Shown here: positions 18,742 to 30,193 of the stretch, piece by piece | How the letters are laid out: the number at the start of each line of letters is the position of its first letter | Position numbering within the stretch: the stretch's first letter is position 1 | Origin: Nitrospirota bacterium | GTDB lineage: Bacteria; Nitrospirota; JACRHJ01 | Reading direction: 5' to 3' | Assembly (NCBI GenBank): GCA_963845245.1 | Contig: CAWJRJ010000018.1 | Span: forward strand, 153,877 to 217,876 | Length of the DNA stretch: 64,000 nucleotides | Made by a program: the position numbers and the translations under genes | The notes under the pieces: generated by a model | Seen by the model: only the letters and a program-made list of their open reading frames with translations | What the model was told of the DNA's origin: nothing | Databases searched by the model: none

Positions 18742-20076
18742 TTAATCTATTTCGGTCTTCTCAGTACCGTCTTCGCTCTTGCACCCGGGTACTGAACCGG
18801 ACGGCTGCTTTGAAAAAGACTTTGGCGCGGGTTTGTTTCCAGCGGGGCCTGACGGCGGCCTTGTGCCGGACGGCCGAACCTTGGGCTTGTCACTACGGGG
18901 CCGTCTGGGCGGCAACGGAGGACGGGCGAATTCGGTCGGACGGTTCGGGGCGGGTATCGAGTAATCGAAACCCTCCAGAGTCCGCGTCTCAGGCTTTGAA
19001 CCGAGCAGCTTCTCAATCGTGCGCACCATATCGGTATCCTCGGGAGATACAAGGGTGAACGCGTCGCCGGTCTTGGCGGCGCGGCCTGTGCGGCCTATGC
19101 GGTGCGTGTATGCGTCGGCGGTATCCGGCACGTCGTAGTTTATCACGTGTGAGATCTTCGATACGTCTATCCCGCGCGCGGCTATGTCGGTCGCGACCAT
19201 CACCTGATACGTGCCGTCGCGGAAGCCCTCCAGCGCGGCCTGACGCCTGTTCTGGCTGAGGTTCCCCTGCAGTGATGCTGCGGTGAAGCCCGCCTTCTCA
19301 AGCTGTTCTCCGACGCGCTTTGCGCGGTGCTTTGTGCGTGTGAACACCAGTACCGACTCCTTGTCGGTGCGGCGCAGAAGCTCTATCAAGAGTGACGTCT
19401 TCAGGTGCGGTGCAACGGGGTAGAGCGCATGCGAGACCGTCTCAACCGGGGCCGAGATGTCTACCTGCACGACGACCGGGTCCGTAAGGATCTCGTTCGT
19501 CAGGCGGCGTATGTCGGACGGCATGGTGGCGGAGAACAGCAGCGTCTGGCGTTTGGCCGGGATCTGCTTTACGATCTTTCTTACGTCGGGCAGGAAGCCC
19601 ATGTCGAACATGCGGTCGGCCTCGTCCAGCACGAGCACCTCAAGGCGGTTAAGGCGTATGAAGCCCTGGCCTATGTGGTCGAGCAGGCGTCCTGGACATG
19701 CGACCACTATCTCGGCGCCCTCGCGGAGCTTCTGGGCCTGCGGGTTTATGTTTACCCCGCCGTATATCACCATGCTGCGCATCCTGGAGCCTTTGCCCAG
19801 CTCGTTGAATGTCTCGTGTATCTGGTCCGCAAGCTCGCGCGTGGGGGCCACCACCAATGCGCGGACATGGCCGCGCGGGCCGTCCATGAGGCGCTGCAAT
19901 ATCGGCAGGACGAACGCCGCCGTCTTGCCCGTGCCGGTCTGGGCCAGGCCCATCACGTCGCGTCCTTCGAGCGCATGCGGTATGGTGTCCGTCTGTATGG
20001 GTGTTGGGGTCTCATAGCCGTACCCTGCGACAGTCTTCAGGAGCGCAGGGCAAATCTTCAGTTCTTCGAAAGTCAT
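18742..20076 (-). CDS. rhlE: DEAD-box RNA helicase (RhlE-like)
   Basis: Q motif, AQTGTGKT, PTRELA, DEAD, SAT, HRIGRTGR; start MTFEELK at 20076. Confidence 0.88.
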   Translation of the reverse strand: MTFEELKICPALLKTVAGYGYETPTPIQTDTIPHALEGRDVMGLAQTGTGKTAAFVLPILQRLMDGPRGHVRALVVAPTRELADQIHETFNELGKGSRMRSMVIYGGVNINPQAQKLREGAEIVVACPGRLLDHIGQGFIRLNRLEVLVLDEADRMFDMGFLPDVRKIVKQIPAKRQTLLFSATMPSDIRRLTNEILTDPVVVQVDISAPVETVSHALYPVAPHLKTSLLIELLRRTDKESVLVFTRTKHRAKRVGEQLEKAGFTAASLQGNLSQNRRQAALEGFRDGTYQVMVATDIAARGIDVSKISHVINYDVPDTADAYTHRIGRTGRAAKTGDAFTLVSPEDTDMVRTIEKLLGSKPETRTLEGFDYSIPAPNRPTEFARPPLPPRRPRSDKPKVRPSGTRPPSGPAGNKPAPKSFSKQPSGSVPGCKSEDGTEKTEID

Positions 20077-20388
20077 TTCTTTTCCTCTAGTAAATAGCAC
20101 GGTATTGACCGGCGCAATGCATCCGTCAACCAATGCTCTGCATGTTTTTCAGGGGTAGTACTGAATGACAGGGAGGTATGTGACGAATGAAAAAATGGCT
20201 GTATAAAAAGCCAGACATCACCATTATACACATATCGTCAGAAATTACAAGCACTCATGGCGTGATTTGGCATAATAAAACAATAATAGTATTTAATAGC
20301 GGAATATAAAATGTTGATGAAATTCCCTGTGAGGGTGATATAATCCATAAGTATTAGTATTGTCGTTAATTTTACCAGCAGGAAACAG

Positions 20389-21624
20389 ATGTCAGAAAAT
20401 CCAACCGGCCCGTACAGAAAATTACTGAGCGGGCTTTCTTTAAAGAACGGCAGAAGGTTCCTTTATTTACTTCCTGTCGCTTTACTCCTTGCAGTTACCT
20501 TCTATTTCGTGGATTTTGATTTTACAGGCCAGTTTGAGGGCATCTTCGTGCTTAGGGGGCACCGTGGTGAACTGGTCGAGATAAAGGACGACCTTTACCT
20601 CGGGGACGGCAGGCGGTTATTGTATGCGCTGGATTTTGAGAACCCGAAATTCCTGATATCTCGTCTTTTCACCCATCACGACCCGGACAAGGCATATCTC
20701 GACTTCGAGTGGGACAACAGGGACGGGAGCGGGTTAATCAGGAACATGCTTCCGGGTGGCAGGCAGCTGCTCACCTGTTTCGGCAGGTACAAGGACGAAT
20801 CGGACAGGTACGCAAAAGGGCTTTTTGTCGGCGGCGGCTTGCCGAAAAACGTCGAGGATGAAAACTCGTCATTGATGAACGAGACCGGCATGGCATATTA
20901 TGACGGGAAGCGGTGGTACCACATCTGGTGCAACGTAAATGAAGGGATAATCTCATCCGTGACCGGTGATATGGCCTACCCCGGGGACTGGGAGTACGAG
21001 GGCGGCAGGATACTCAACCAGAGTTCACAGAACTTGGCGATAATGTCGTCGCACAAGGTGGTCCTTGACGGTACGCCCCTGCACGTGGACAGGTACGCAT
21101 ATTTCAGGGCAGGGGAGACATACTTCATCCTCTCCATTTCTATAAAGAATGTCGGTGATAGACCCGTAACATATAATTATGTCTATGGCGACGAGCCCTG
21201 GCTCGGCAACTTCGGCTCATCCAAAGGCAACATCGGATGGATCAAAGACAGGACGGTACTCTTCACCCAGATGGTCAACCCAAAGAAATATGACTATGCG
21301 GGGTTTTACGATTACGGAAACAGCATTATAAACGAAGGTCATGAATATACAAAGGTCGCCAACTTCCTCCAGTGGCTGGAGAACGGGCCGAAATACATAT
21401 ACTTCGCGAACAGCCCTATAGTCTATGAACTGGCAGGGATAATCGACCAGACAGAGATGTTTGTCCCGCTAGAGAGCAATACGCGTTTTATAGGGTTTGA
21501 ATGGGCGGCCAAAACACTTTCCCCTGGCGAGTCGGACCACTTCTCGATTGCAGTCGGGATGGCTGGGCATGACCCGAAGACCGATTACCCGGTTAAGCCG
21601 GATGTGAGGCGTGACAAACCATAA
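20389..21624 (+). CDS. Membrane-anchored hypothetical protein, aromatic/beta-rich extracytoplasmic domain
   Basis: 411-aa ORF with one N-terminal hydrophobic segment; no motif recognised. Confidence 0.6.
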   Translation: MSENPTGPYRKLLSGLSLKNGRRFLYLLPVALLLAVTFYFVDFDFTGQFEGIFVLRGHRGELVEIKDDLYLGDGRRLLYALDFENPKFLISRLFTHHDPDKAYLDFEWDNRDGSGLIRNMLPGGRQLLTCFGRYKDESDRYAKGLFVGGGLPKNVEDENSSLMNETGMAYYDGKRWYHIWCNVNEGIISSVTGDMAYPGDWEYEGGRILNQSSQNLAIMSSHKVVLDGTPLHVDRYAYFRAGETYFILSISIKNVGDRPVTYNYVYGDEPWLGNFGSSKGNIGWIKDRTVLFTQMVNPKKYDYAGFYDYGNSIINEGHEYTKVANFLQWLENGPKYIYFANSPIVYELAGIIDQTEMFVPLESNTRFIGFEWAAKTLSPGESDHFSIAVGMAGHDPKTDYPVKPDVRRDKP

Positions 21625-21628
21625 ACAT

Positions 21629-21991
21629 TCATTCCAATTCTCTCAGTTCCTCGTCTGACAGTCCGAAGTAATGCCCTATCTCGTGGATAACGACAGAGCG
21701 TACCCGGTCCGCAATATCTTCAGCATTTCCGCCTTCCCGAAGTATCGGCCCCATGTAAAGCACGATCCTGTCCGGCAGCACGTTGCCGTAATAGAAGCCG
21801 CGCCGGCTTAAAGGCACTCCCTGGTAGAGTCCCAAAAGCGTGCTGCCGCCCCCGACATGCATCTCCCTCAAGAGGTTGCGGGAAGGCTCGTCCTCAATCA
21901 CGATGTCGATATTTTCAAGCTTTTTTGCAAACCGCTCCGGCAGGCGGCCAAGGGCCTCGACGGCAAGCGCCTCGAACTCGTTTTTATCCAT
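21629..21991 (-). CDS. Zincin-like metallopeptidase family protein (DUF1025-like)
   Basis: LLGLYQGVPL, PDRIVLY and HEIGHYFGLSD (HExxH). Confidence 0.85.
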   Translation of the reverse strand: MDKNEFEALAVEALGRLPERFAKKLENIDIVIEDEPSRNLLREMHVGGGSTLLGLYQGVPLSRRGFYYGNVLPDRIVLYMGPILREGGNAEDIADRVRSVVIHEIGHYFGLSDEELRELE

Positions 21992-22104
21992 ACTCAAATC
22001 ATAATAGCCAAATGATTGCCGGTTTGTCAATTTCAGAGTGTATTGCCATTTTTAATGGTTTGCAATATGCTTTAAGCAAGACAGACAAAAAAGGAGGCTG
22101 GAAT

Positions 22105-22990
22105 ATGATACTTGTTACGGGTGCATCCGGCTTTGTCGGAAGCCATCTTATCAAAGGCCTCTCCGAGGCAGGGCATTCCGTCAGGGCGTTCATACGGAGG
22201 CCTGATGAGGCTATCAGGGTTCAGGGGGAGCGCATCGAGACCGCCATCGGAGACGTGGGAGACCCGGAATCCCTTTCCAGAGCCGTCACAGGGCTGCGAG
22301 GCCGTCATACACCTTGTAGGCATAATCCAGCCCGGCCCCGGCTACAGCTTCAAATCAGTCCATGTGGAAGGGACGAGAAACGTGGTGGAGGCCGCCAAAG
22401 CAGCAGGGACGGTGAGACATTTCATATACCAGTCCGCCCTTGGTACCGGCCCGGACGCAAAGGGCGGTTACTATGAAACCAAGTATGCAGCCGAAGGGCT
22501 TACAAAGGCGTCCGGGATCGAATACACGATAACAAGGCCCTCTATCATATTCGGCAAAGGCGACGGTTTCACCGCAAAGATGGTGCAGCTTATAAGGCAG
22601 ATTCCCGGTAGTGCCGATTGTCGGAAGCGGCACGGTCAGGCTCCAGCCGGTCTACATTGACGACCTGGTCGAGGTGTTCAAGAAGATAATCCTGAACCCC
22701 GCGTTCTACGGTAAGACGCTGGAAGTCGGCGGGCCGGAGCAGCTTTCGTTCAACGAGATAATGGATGATATAAAAGAAGCGCTTGGGTCGAAGAAACCCA
22801 CCGTACACGTGCCTCTATGCCTTGTCAGGCCACGCTGCCGCGGTGATGGAGAGGCTGCTCGCCGCACCCTCCGGTTACAAACGAGCAGCTTGACATGCTT
22901 CAAAAGGATAACGTCTGCGATACCGGCTCGCTTGAAGGGCTGGGGATAACCCCCACACCCTTCAAGGCCGGTTTAAAGAAGTTTCTTTGA
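22105..22990 (+). CDS. NAD(P)-dependent epimerase/SDR, NDUFA9-like (several apparent frameshifts)
   Basis: ILVTGASGFVGSHL, VIHLVGII, YYETKYAAE, RPSIIFG and LQPVYIDD across frames; GGAGG RBS. Confidence 0.8.
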
Positions 22991-22995
22991 TCGGT

Positions 22996-25900
22996 TTAAT
23001 ACGAATATGATACGTCGGCAGGGTCCGTTTGGGCCGGTGCATACATGGTGTCTCCCGGGAACTTTGCGTATGCATTGTGGCTGCCGGCCGTCGTAGTCCA
23101 GCTCTTTATCACCACCCCCGGAGTAAGGGATGTGAGGGAGCCGGTGGTGGCTGTGCCCTTTGAAGAGTAGATCAGCGCCTCCGTTTGTATTCTCGTAAAA
23201 AGTGATTTTCCTCCCGCCTATCGGGGTGGTCCCGTCCGCTTCGGTAAGAGTGGCCCTCAGCGTTACAGTCGGACCGGACTATACCCACATAAGCCAGGCT
23301 TAGTTTCGTCGCCTTCTTATAAATGAATTTCCACGTCGGGGAATACATGGATGTACCGGTCGGTATGTCGGCGTACACCCTCCAGTAATAAGTCTTGCCC
23401 GGTATAAGCACTGATGTATCCAGGTCGTACGAGGTAGTAGCCGTCGTATAAGGAAACGTCCCGGTCCCGAATTTTGAAGAAGTCGAAACCTGAAGGTGGT
23501 AGCCGGTCGCACCGGCGAAAGCCTGCCATGTGAAGGTGAGCGGGGATGCCGTCACCGTACTTGCGTTTAAGGGCGAGGTCAGCGCAACGTTGCCCATGGT
23601 GTATGAGAGTGTTTGGCGTCGACTGCATGGTCGGGATGCCGCTGGAGGTGGTGAACTTCGCATAGGCCGTGTGGCTGCCTGCGACGGCAGTGAATGTCTT
23701 GGTGGCGACACCGTTGGCGTTTGTAGTGGCAGACCCCTTTGATGAGAAACTGGTGCTGGTAGAAAGCTTGTCATAGAAAGTTATGCTTTTGCCTACGGCC
23801 GGCAGTCCATTGTAATACATGGTAGCGGTCAATGTGACCGTTGACAGGTTCTGTGTATAGCCAAGGGCTGATACCCTGGTTCACGAAGTTCGCAACCACT
23901 ATCTTGTCCCCGTCCATCTTTAACGGCAACGGGTTTGTCGAGCCTGTGGGGGTCCCGTTCACGGTCCAACCTGAGAATGTGAAGCCTGGGTTGGCCGTTG
24001 CCAGGATAGAGATGGTTGTATTGTAATCTTGCGGCCCGTTTGAGTAGTTAGTTGTCCCGCTGCCTCCCGGGCTGACTGATATTGACAAATCCTGCACGCC
24101 TGTCTGGGTTACGGTGAACGTAGCCCCCGCAACTGTGATGGTTCCTGTGCGGAAACTCTTGCCGTCATACGGGTCTACCGTATAGTCGACCGTGCCGTTA
24201 CCAGTCCCGCTTGAGCCGGATGTTAATCTTAGCCAGGTATCGTCATTGCTCACCGCTGTCCATGGCACGGATGCCGTGACCGTGATCGACCCGCTTCCAC
24301 CGTCTTTTCCGTATGATTTGTTTAAAGGTGAGATTGCGGTTTTCTTTCCGTTCCTTATTGCCAGGGCATAAGGCTGCGGACTCGTGGGTACATTGTCTCC
24401 TATGACCGTGACCGTGAATACCCCGCTGGTAAGTCCTGAAACCGGGATCTCGACAGCCTCCACGTTGTTCAGGTGGTCGAAATTTGCGGGGTTTATACCG
24501 GGAATGTTCCCGTGGTAAACGTCAACGCCGTTCGGTGCCGTGACTTCAAGGTCCAGGTCGTTCACCAGCTTTGTCGCCGCTGCCAGCGTCGCCGGGGGGT
24601 CGGTCCAGACCAGTGTAACGCGCACAGGCGCGGCTGTATCTATGACTGAAAAGTAATATGTGTCGATGCCGCTATCTGTCAGCCCTGCATTGTCGTCTAC
24701 ATAATCCAGCGACGAGTCCGGTGTCACCGAGCGGGCCAGGTTGACGCGCCCGAATCCCTGGTTGTTGTCCGGCCACCCGGTGACGTCGTTATAAGGCGAA
24801 GCGTATTGGCCGGTCATGTTGGTGGCCCCGTTTATGATGGTAGCCTTGATGAGCGCGGCGGACGGGCTGATCAGCTTATCCGTATAGTACTGCCTCACGA
24901 TCGCGGCCGCACCGGCGGTCAGAGGGGTCGCCATGCTTGTGCCGCCGTCAAAAGCAAACCAGCTGTCCATGGCTAACGGTAGCCCTATGTCAGACGGATA
25001 TCCCCAGTAAGTTAGATAACCTTTTGAGTTTGTCACTGGCGCAATAGTGGATTTTGTGGAGAGAACCCACGTGCCCGGTGCTACCACATCCGGTTTGATC
25101 CTGCCATCACCTGTTGGCCCGCGGCTGCTGAAGGCCACCATGCCTTCCGGGTTGTTAGCCATGAGGTCGGTTTTGAGCGGGTTACTCGAAAACCCGAATA
25201 CGCCATATGTAGTATAAGGTGAAACAGAAATCGAACCCCTTGAGTTTTCTGACGCGCCAACTGCAAGGACGTTCTTCGCCGTGGCCGGAGGGTCTATGGA
25301 ACCCAGGTCCACTATGCCGTTCCCGTTTGCGTCCTTACCATCGTTTCCTGCCGCGAAGACGGCCAGGAAGTCTTTGTGGTTCCAGGCGAAAGTATCCGCA
25401 CCAAGGCTGTTAGAGGTATATTGCCCTGGCAACGGATGCCCATTAGGGTCTGTTTCGCCCCAACTGTTGCTGTGTACCCTTACACCCTGGTTGTATGGGT
25501 CCAGGAAGGGGGCAGCACCTAGTGTGGTAGAGTCGAGGTAAGGGATGTATAGCCCTCCGCCAGAGGTTAGGGCAGATTGCAACACGATCTGCGCATCGTA
25601 GGCCACGCCCTTTACGCTGTAACTTTGAAGCGGCGGCGGCGCCATCCCGGCGAGCGAACCTGATGTGTGTGTGCCGTGGCCGTCCGGGTCGCTCCAGTCG
25701 CCAGTCCTGCCATAGGTGAAGACGTGCTTTATCTTTGGCTGGCCGTTACTCACGTTCCCGGAAAAAGCCGGATGTATGTCGGAAGTATTGCCCGTGTCGA
25801 TGCCGGTATCCAGGATGCCTACTACCTGGCCCGTGCCGGTTAGTGGTACTGGCAGGCTCCATACCGGGGTGACGTTCATCTGGGTTGGTTGTACGGCGAT

Positions 25901-26542
25901 GTTGTTGTAGAGTACAGGTATGGGTTTTTCCTCGATGAACTCGACGGATGGGTATTGAGGTGATGTCCTGGAGCCTTTGCTTCGTCTATTGTTACGTTGA
26001 AGTATCTTGCCGTTCAGCTCGTCTTTGTCCGATATTACCTCGACCTCTCCGCCGAGTGACTGGATGGAGTTTATTATTGGTGACATATCCTCGCCGTCGA
26101 AGACCTTGACGACAAACTTCTTGACGGCCGTCTGGCCTGTCTGTATATCGGTGGCTATCTTCCTGTCCAGCTTGTCGTCAGGCTGATATTCTCCAAGCCA
26201 CTTGACGTTCGGGTCTGACTGCACTGCGGAAAATGACCTCTGCGGTATCTTGACGATAAATGCGTTGTCAGGGACATAGCCGAGGAACTTTACTCCGAGG
26301 GAAGAGATTTTTTTCTTCCATGATTCCTCGACGGGGCCATTGAACTGAAGGATGTAAAATCCCTTGGTGGACGCAGGAGGCTGTGCAAATACCGAGGGCT
26401 GGACGCCGGTAGCTTCCACTCTGTTTTTAAGCTTTACGAAATCTCCGAAATCAGTGTCCCTGTGAATAACGGCTGCCCAGGCCACGCTGGCCGGAATGAT
26501 TATAGTGAGGAGAAAGACCGACAGAAACTTTTTGTAACTCAT
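22996..26542 (-). CDS. Secreted S8 subtilase (KP-43-like) with BACON-like, InlB-B-like and Ig/FN3-like C-terminal domains; frameshifts below ~23870
   Basis: Catalytic motifs ILDTG, DGHGTH, AAGN and GTSMATP; the C-terminal beta domains continue in other frames (TFTAVAGSHTAYAKF, WTTTAGSHNAYAKF) to a stop at 22996. Confidence 0.85.
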
Positions 26543-26783
26543 TTGTTTTACCTCGGTTAAAGTCTTTCTAATAGTATATCAATTATTTTCGTAAGTTCAA
26601 CATCATTTAGAGTTAATAGTAATTAATAAAAATCAATGAAATAAGGTATTTAATTAAAATCCGCATATTCTTTGTGGGCACAGGCGTATTTTAAGGAAAT
26701 TCAGTAAACATAATACGCCTAAATAACTGTTTCTTTAGTTAAAATTATGTGTTAGATTACCGTTAAACAAAGGTATTACGATT

Positions 26784-27548
26784 ATGCCGCCATACTCCTC
26801 GGATTCGAAGCTCACCAGTCTGCTGTCGAAGCATGACGCCATATTCCTTTTGGAACTGGTCCAGGAGAGCCTTGCCTGCACTACGAAAGAAGGGTTGATA
26901 GAGCTGGTGAACAGCCTTCAATACCTTATCCCGTTCGACCATGCCCTTTGCGGTTTCGCCAAGGTGGACGACAACGGGATGTCCGCTACCTTCGACACTA
27001 CCAACGTCAGTTACCCCGACAAATGGCTGGAACATTACTTTTCGAAAGAATATTTTAAATTCGACCCGGTCGTAAAAGAAAACTTCACAAAGTTCAAAAT
27101 CCAGTACTGGCAGGATACATATGCAAACTATGGCACGCCAAAGGAATTCGTATCCGAGGCTGAGGACTTCGGACTCCCGAAAGGCTATACGCATGGGGTA
27201 AGGAGCCTGAATGGTGGAAAAGGGAGCCTTCTCTCGCTTTCCGGGAAACATCTTGAGCGTGAAGAGCGTACAGAGGCGATTATCGAGGTTATATCTCCCC
27301 ATCTGCACCAGTGCTATTCCCGTATCAGCCAGAACGAAGGAATAAAAGCCGCCAGGCTGTCGTCCAGGGAGAAGGAAGTCCTTAAATGGATTGGCGAAGG
27401 CAAGAGTACCTGGGATATATCCAAGATACTCAGCATAAGCGAAAGGACCGTCAAATTCCACGTGAACAACGTCAAGGTGAAGCTTAACGCCGTAAGCAGG
27501 TCCCATGCGGTTGCATTGGCAATCGAAGGAGGTCTCATCGAATTGTAA
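26784..27548 (+). CDS. LuxR-family AHL-binding transcriptional regulator; no luxI in window
   Basis: YPDKWLEHY...FDPV...YW...GYTHG keeps the residues equivalent to TraR W57/Y61/D70/P71/W85/G113; C-terminal LSSREKEVLKWIGEGKSTWDISKILSISERTVKFH HTH. Confidence 0.92.
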   Translation: MPPYSSDSKLTSLLSKHDAIFLLELVQESLACTTKEGLIELVNSLQYLIPFDHALCGFAKVDDNGMSATFDTTNVSYPDKWLEHYFSKEYFKFDPVVKENFTKFKIQYWQDTYANYGTPKEFVSEAEDFGLPKGYTHGVRSLNGGKGSLLSLSGKHLEREERTEAIIEVISPHLHQCYSRISQNEGIKAARLSSREKEVLKWIGEGKSTWDISKILSISERTVKFHVNNVKVKLNAVSRSHAVALAIEGGLIEL

Positions 27549-27550
27549 CC

Positions 27551-27597
27551 CCCTGTACCAAAGTACAGTTACTATTAAAGAAGTATGTTGCTAGAAT
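27551..27597 (+). promoter_or_regulatory. lux box plus extended -10 promoter
   Basis: CCCTGTACCAAAGTACAGTT (CTGTAC-N4-GTACAG; 14/20 identical to the V. fischeri lux box ACCTGTAGGATCGTACAGGT), followed by TG-C-TAGAAT at 27589-27597. Confidence 0.75.
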
Positions 27598-27622
27598 TGG
27601 GGCAGTAATTTGGAGCAGCCCC

Positions 27623-28385
27623 ATGAAATGTCAAAGCCTCCGTCATAACATGTTCAGCCCGGTTGCAGGGTCTGGTAACGCATCCGCCTCTCTGGTAAAT
27701 CACAGCGCCGTCTCCCGACAAGACTCATCTGCGAATAAAACATACAGCCGCAAGACCGATCACCACAGTTCTTCTATATCTCTGGTCCAACACGTATCAC
27801 ACCGAAAGAGAGACTGATATGGAACTGAGCTTGATGTTATCCGGAATGTGCAAGAGCGGCATGAAAATGATCGATGTCGCGAATTACCTTATTGCTACAA
27901 AGCCCTTCCACGGCGGTGCCATGATATTGGAGAAGACCTACCATGATGTCGGAGGGCTTTTAAGAGAGGTCAGGTTCACCTATTCTCCTGTGATAAGGAA
28001 TAAGGGCCTTGCACTGGTTTCAATGATCGACGACGGCCTCCCGAGTATAAAAATCGACAGGGAATGGATAACGCGTGCCTTGTCCAACCTTATGCAAAAC
28101 GCCGTTAATTACACGCCCGTCGGCGGTATGATAAGCCTGAACGCAGCACCCGCCTCTAACAACATGCTTGCGATTCAGGTCTCGGACAGCGGGTGCGGGA
28201 TCCCCCGGGAGGAGCATGACAAGATCTTCCGGAAATATTACAGGTCCGAAGCCGCAAACGGCACGAAGGGCGACGGGGTCGGTCTGGCGATAGTCAACGA
28301 AATCGCCTGCGCCCATGGCGGTTATGTGGAACTCGAAAGCATTGTAGGAGTCGGCAGCACATTTACCCTGTACCTCCCATTATAG
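27623..28385 (+). CDS. Sensor-less histidine kinase-like protein (degenerate HisKA plus HATPase_c), probable frameshift near 27695
   Basis: N box (LSNLMQNAVNY), G1 (DSGCGIP), F box and G2 (GDGVGLAI); the frame is open from 27699 and contains IKHTAARPITTVLLY (H-x4-P); GGAG RBS precedes ATG 27623. Confidence 0.65.
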
Positions 28386-28437
28386 CCCGCCACTAAAATT
28401 CTCTTGCAATCTTAAAGGGTTGGCTTTATCCTAACCT

Positions 28438-30193
28438 ATGCGTTTTATCCTTTCAGGCAACCATGCCATAGCCAGGGGTTTCATAGATTCAGGCGGCAAG
28501 GTGGTCGCCGCATATCCCGGCACGCCCAGCACCGAGGTCCTTGAAGCACTCCTGAAATTTAATGGCATCCACGCCGAGTGGTCCACTAACGAGAAGGTTG
28601 CGTTCGAGGTCGCCATGGGGGCGTCGCTTGCCGGGGTGCGCGCCATGGCATGCATGAAGCACGTTGGCGTTAACGTCGCTGCGGACCCGCTTGTCACCTG
28701 CTCCTATACCGGGATTAATGGCGGCCTCATACTCATGGCTGCGGACGACCCGGGCATGTTCAGCTCCCAGAACGAGCAGGACACCAGGCATTATGCAAGG
28801 CTAGCCAAGATACCCTGTCTTGAGCCGTCGGACTCCCAGGAGGCGATGGACTTCGTAAGGCTTGCCTTTACCCTGAGCGAGGATTTTGACACACCCGTAA
28901 TCCTTCGCACCACTACAAGGATATCCCACTGCAAAAGCGTTGTAACAGAAGCTCATCCCGTCATCATACCAGACAAGGGACTTCAAAGGGATTTCGGCAA
29001 ATATGTCATGCTCCCCGCCAGTGCGAGGACGGCGGCACGAGATGGTCGAGGAACGCCTTGACCAGCTTAAAGATTGGGCGGAGACCTCGGGCATAAACCA
29101 GGTATACGACGGCGACGGAAAGCTTGGCATCATAACCAACGGCATATCGTACCAGTATGCACGTGAGGCATTCCCCGACGCATCCATACTAAAGCTGGGC
29201 ATGACCTATCCCCTCCCGGCGGAAATGATAAAGGGTTTCGCAAAAGAGGTGAAAAGGCTTGCCGTCGTGGAAGAACTGGACCCCTTCATAGAGGAGCAGG
29301 TGAGGGCGCTCGGCATCGAGGTGCATTACGGCAAGAACGTCCTGCCCATATGCGGCGAGTATTCGGCGGACATAGTTTTTGAAGCGCTTGGCGGGAAGAA
29401 GAAATATAAAAAACCAGTCCATGGGCTCATCGAACGTCCCCCTGCCTTCTGCCCGGGCTGTTCGCACAGGGGGCTCTTCACCGTCCTTTCCAGGCTCAAG
29501 GTGCATGTGTCCGGAGACATCGGCTGCTACACGCTCGGGGGCCTGCCGCCATTCTCTGCCCTTCACACCTGCACGGACATGGGCGCAAGCATCCCTGTCG
29601 CGCACGGCAGTTCCATCGGCCTCAGTTTGCAAGGAGTAAAAGAGAAACCGGTTGCGGTGATAGGGGACTCCACCTTCCTGCATTCGGGCATCGCAGGCCT
29701 CATGAACCTGATATACAACGGCGGCGAGGCCGTCGTCGTGATAATGAACAACGACACCACTGGCATGACGGGCGGACAGGAACACCCCGGCACCGGCAGG
29801 ACAGCAGGCGGCAAACCGGCCCCGAAGGTCGACATCGGAACTCTTTGCACTGCGGCTGGCGCTACCAGAGTAATCAATATAGACGCCTATGACGTAACGG
29901 GTCTTACAAAGATTTTCAAAGAAGAGATGAAGCGCAAGGGCGTCTCCGTGCTCATCTCGAACCAGCCCTGCGTGCTCCGTCACAAGGTTTCAAAAAAGGC
30001 ATACGAACACGATATCACAAGATGCAAGGCATGCAAGACGTGCCTTCGCGCCGGTTGCACAGCCCTGCAGTTTATGGGCAAGGGCAAGGAAGGCCATGTC
30101 TTCATAGACCCGCTTCTTTGCAACGGCTGCGGGATATGCGCGCAGCTTTGCAGCAAGGGCGCGATACAGCCCCCGGAAAGCGGGGCAGTATGA
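28438..30193 (+). CDS. iorA: Indolepyruvate:ferredoxin oxidoreductase alpha subunit (frameshift near 29030)
   Basis: AYPGTPSTE, NEKVA, MKHVGVNVAAD, CPGCSHR, GDIGCY, GDSTFLHSG and C-terminal 2x[4Fe-4S] motifs. Confidence 0.9.

Noticed and set aside
27454..27469. Second parS-like site (AATTCCACGTGAACAA)
   Set aside because: Several mismatches and lies within the luxR HTH coding sequence
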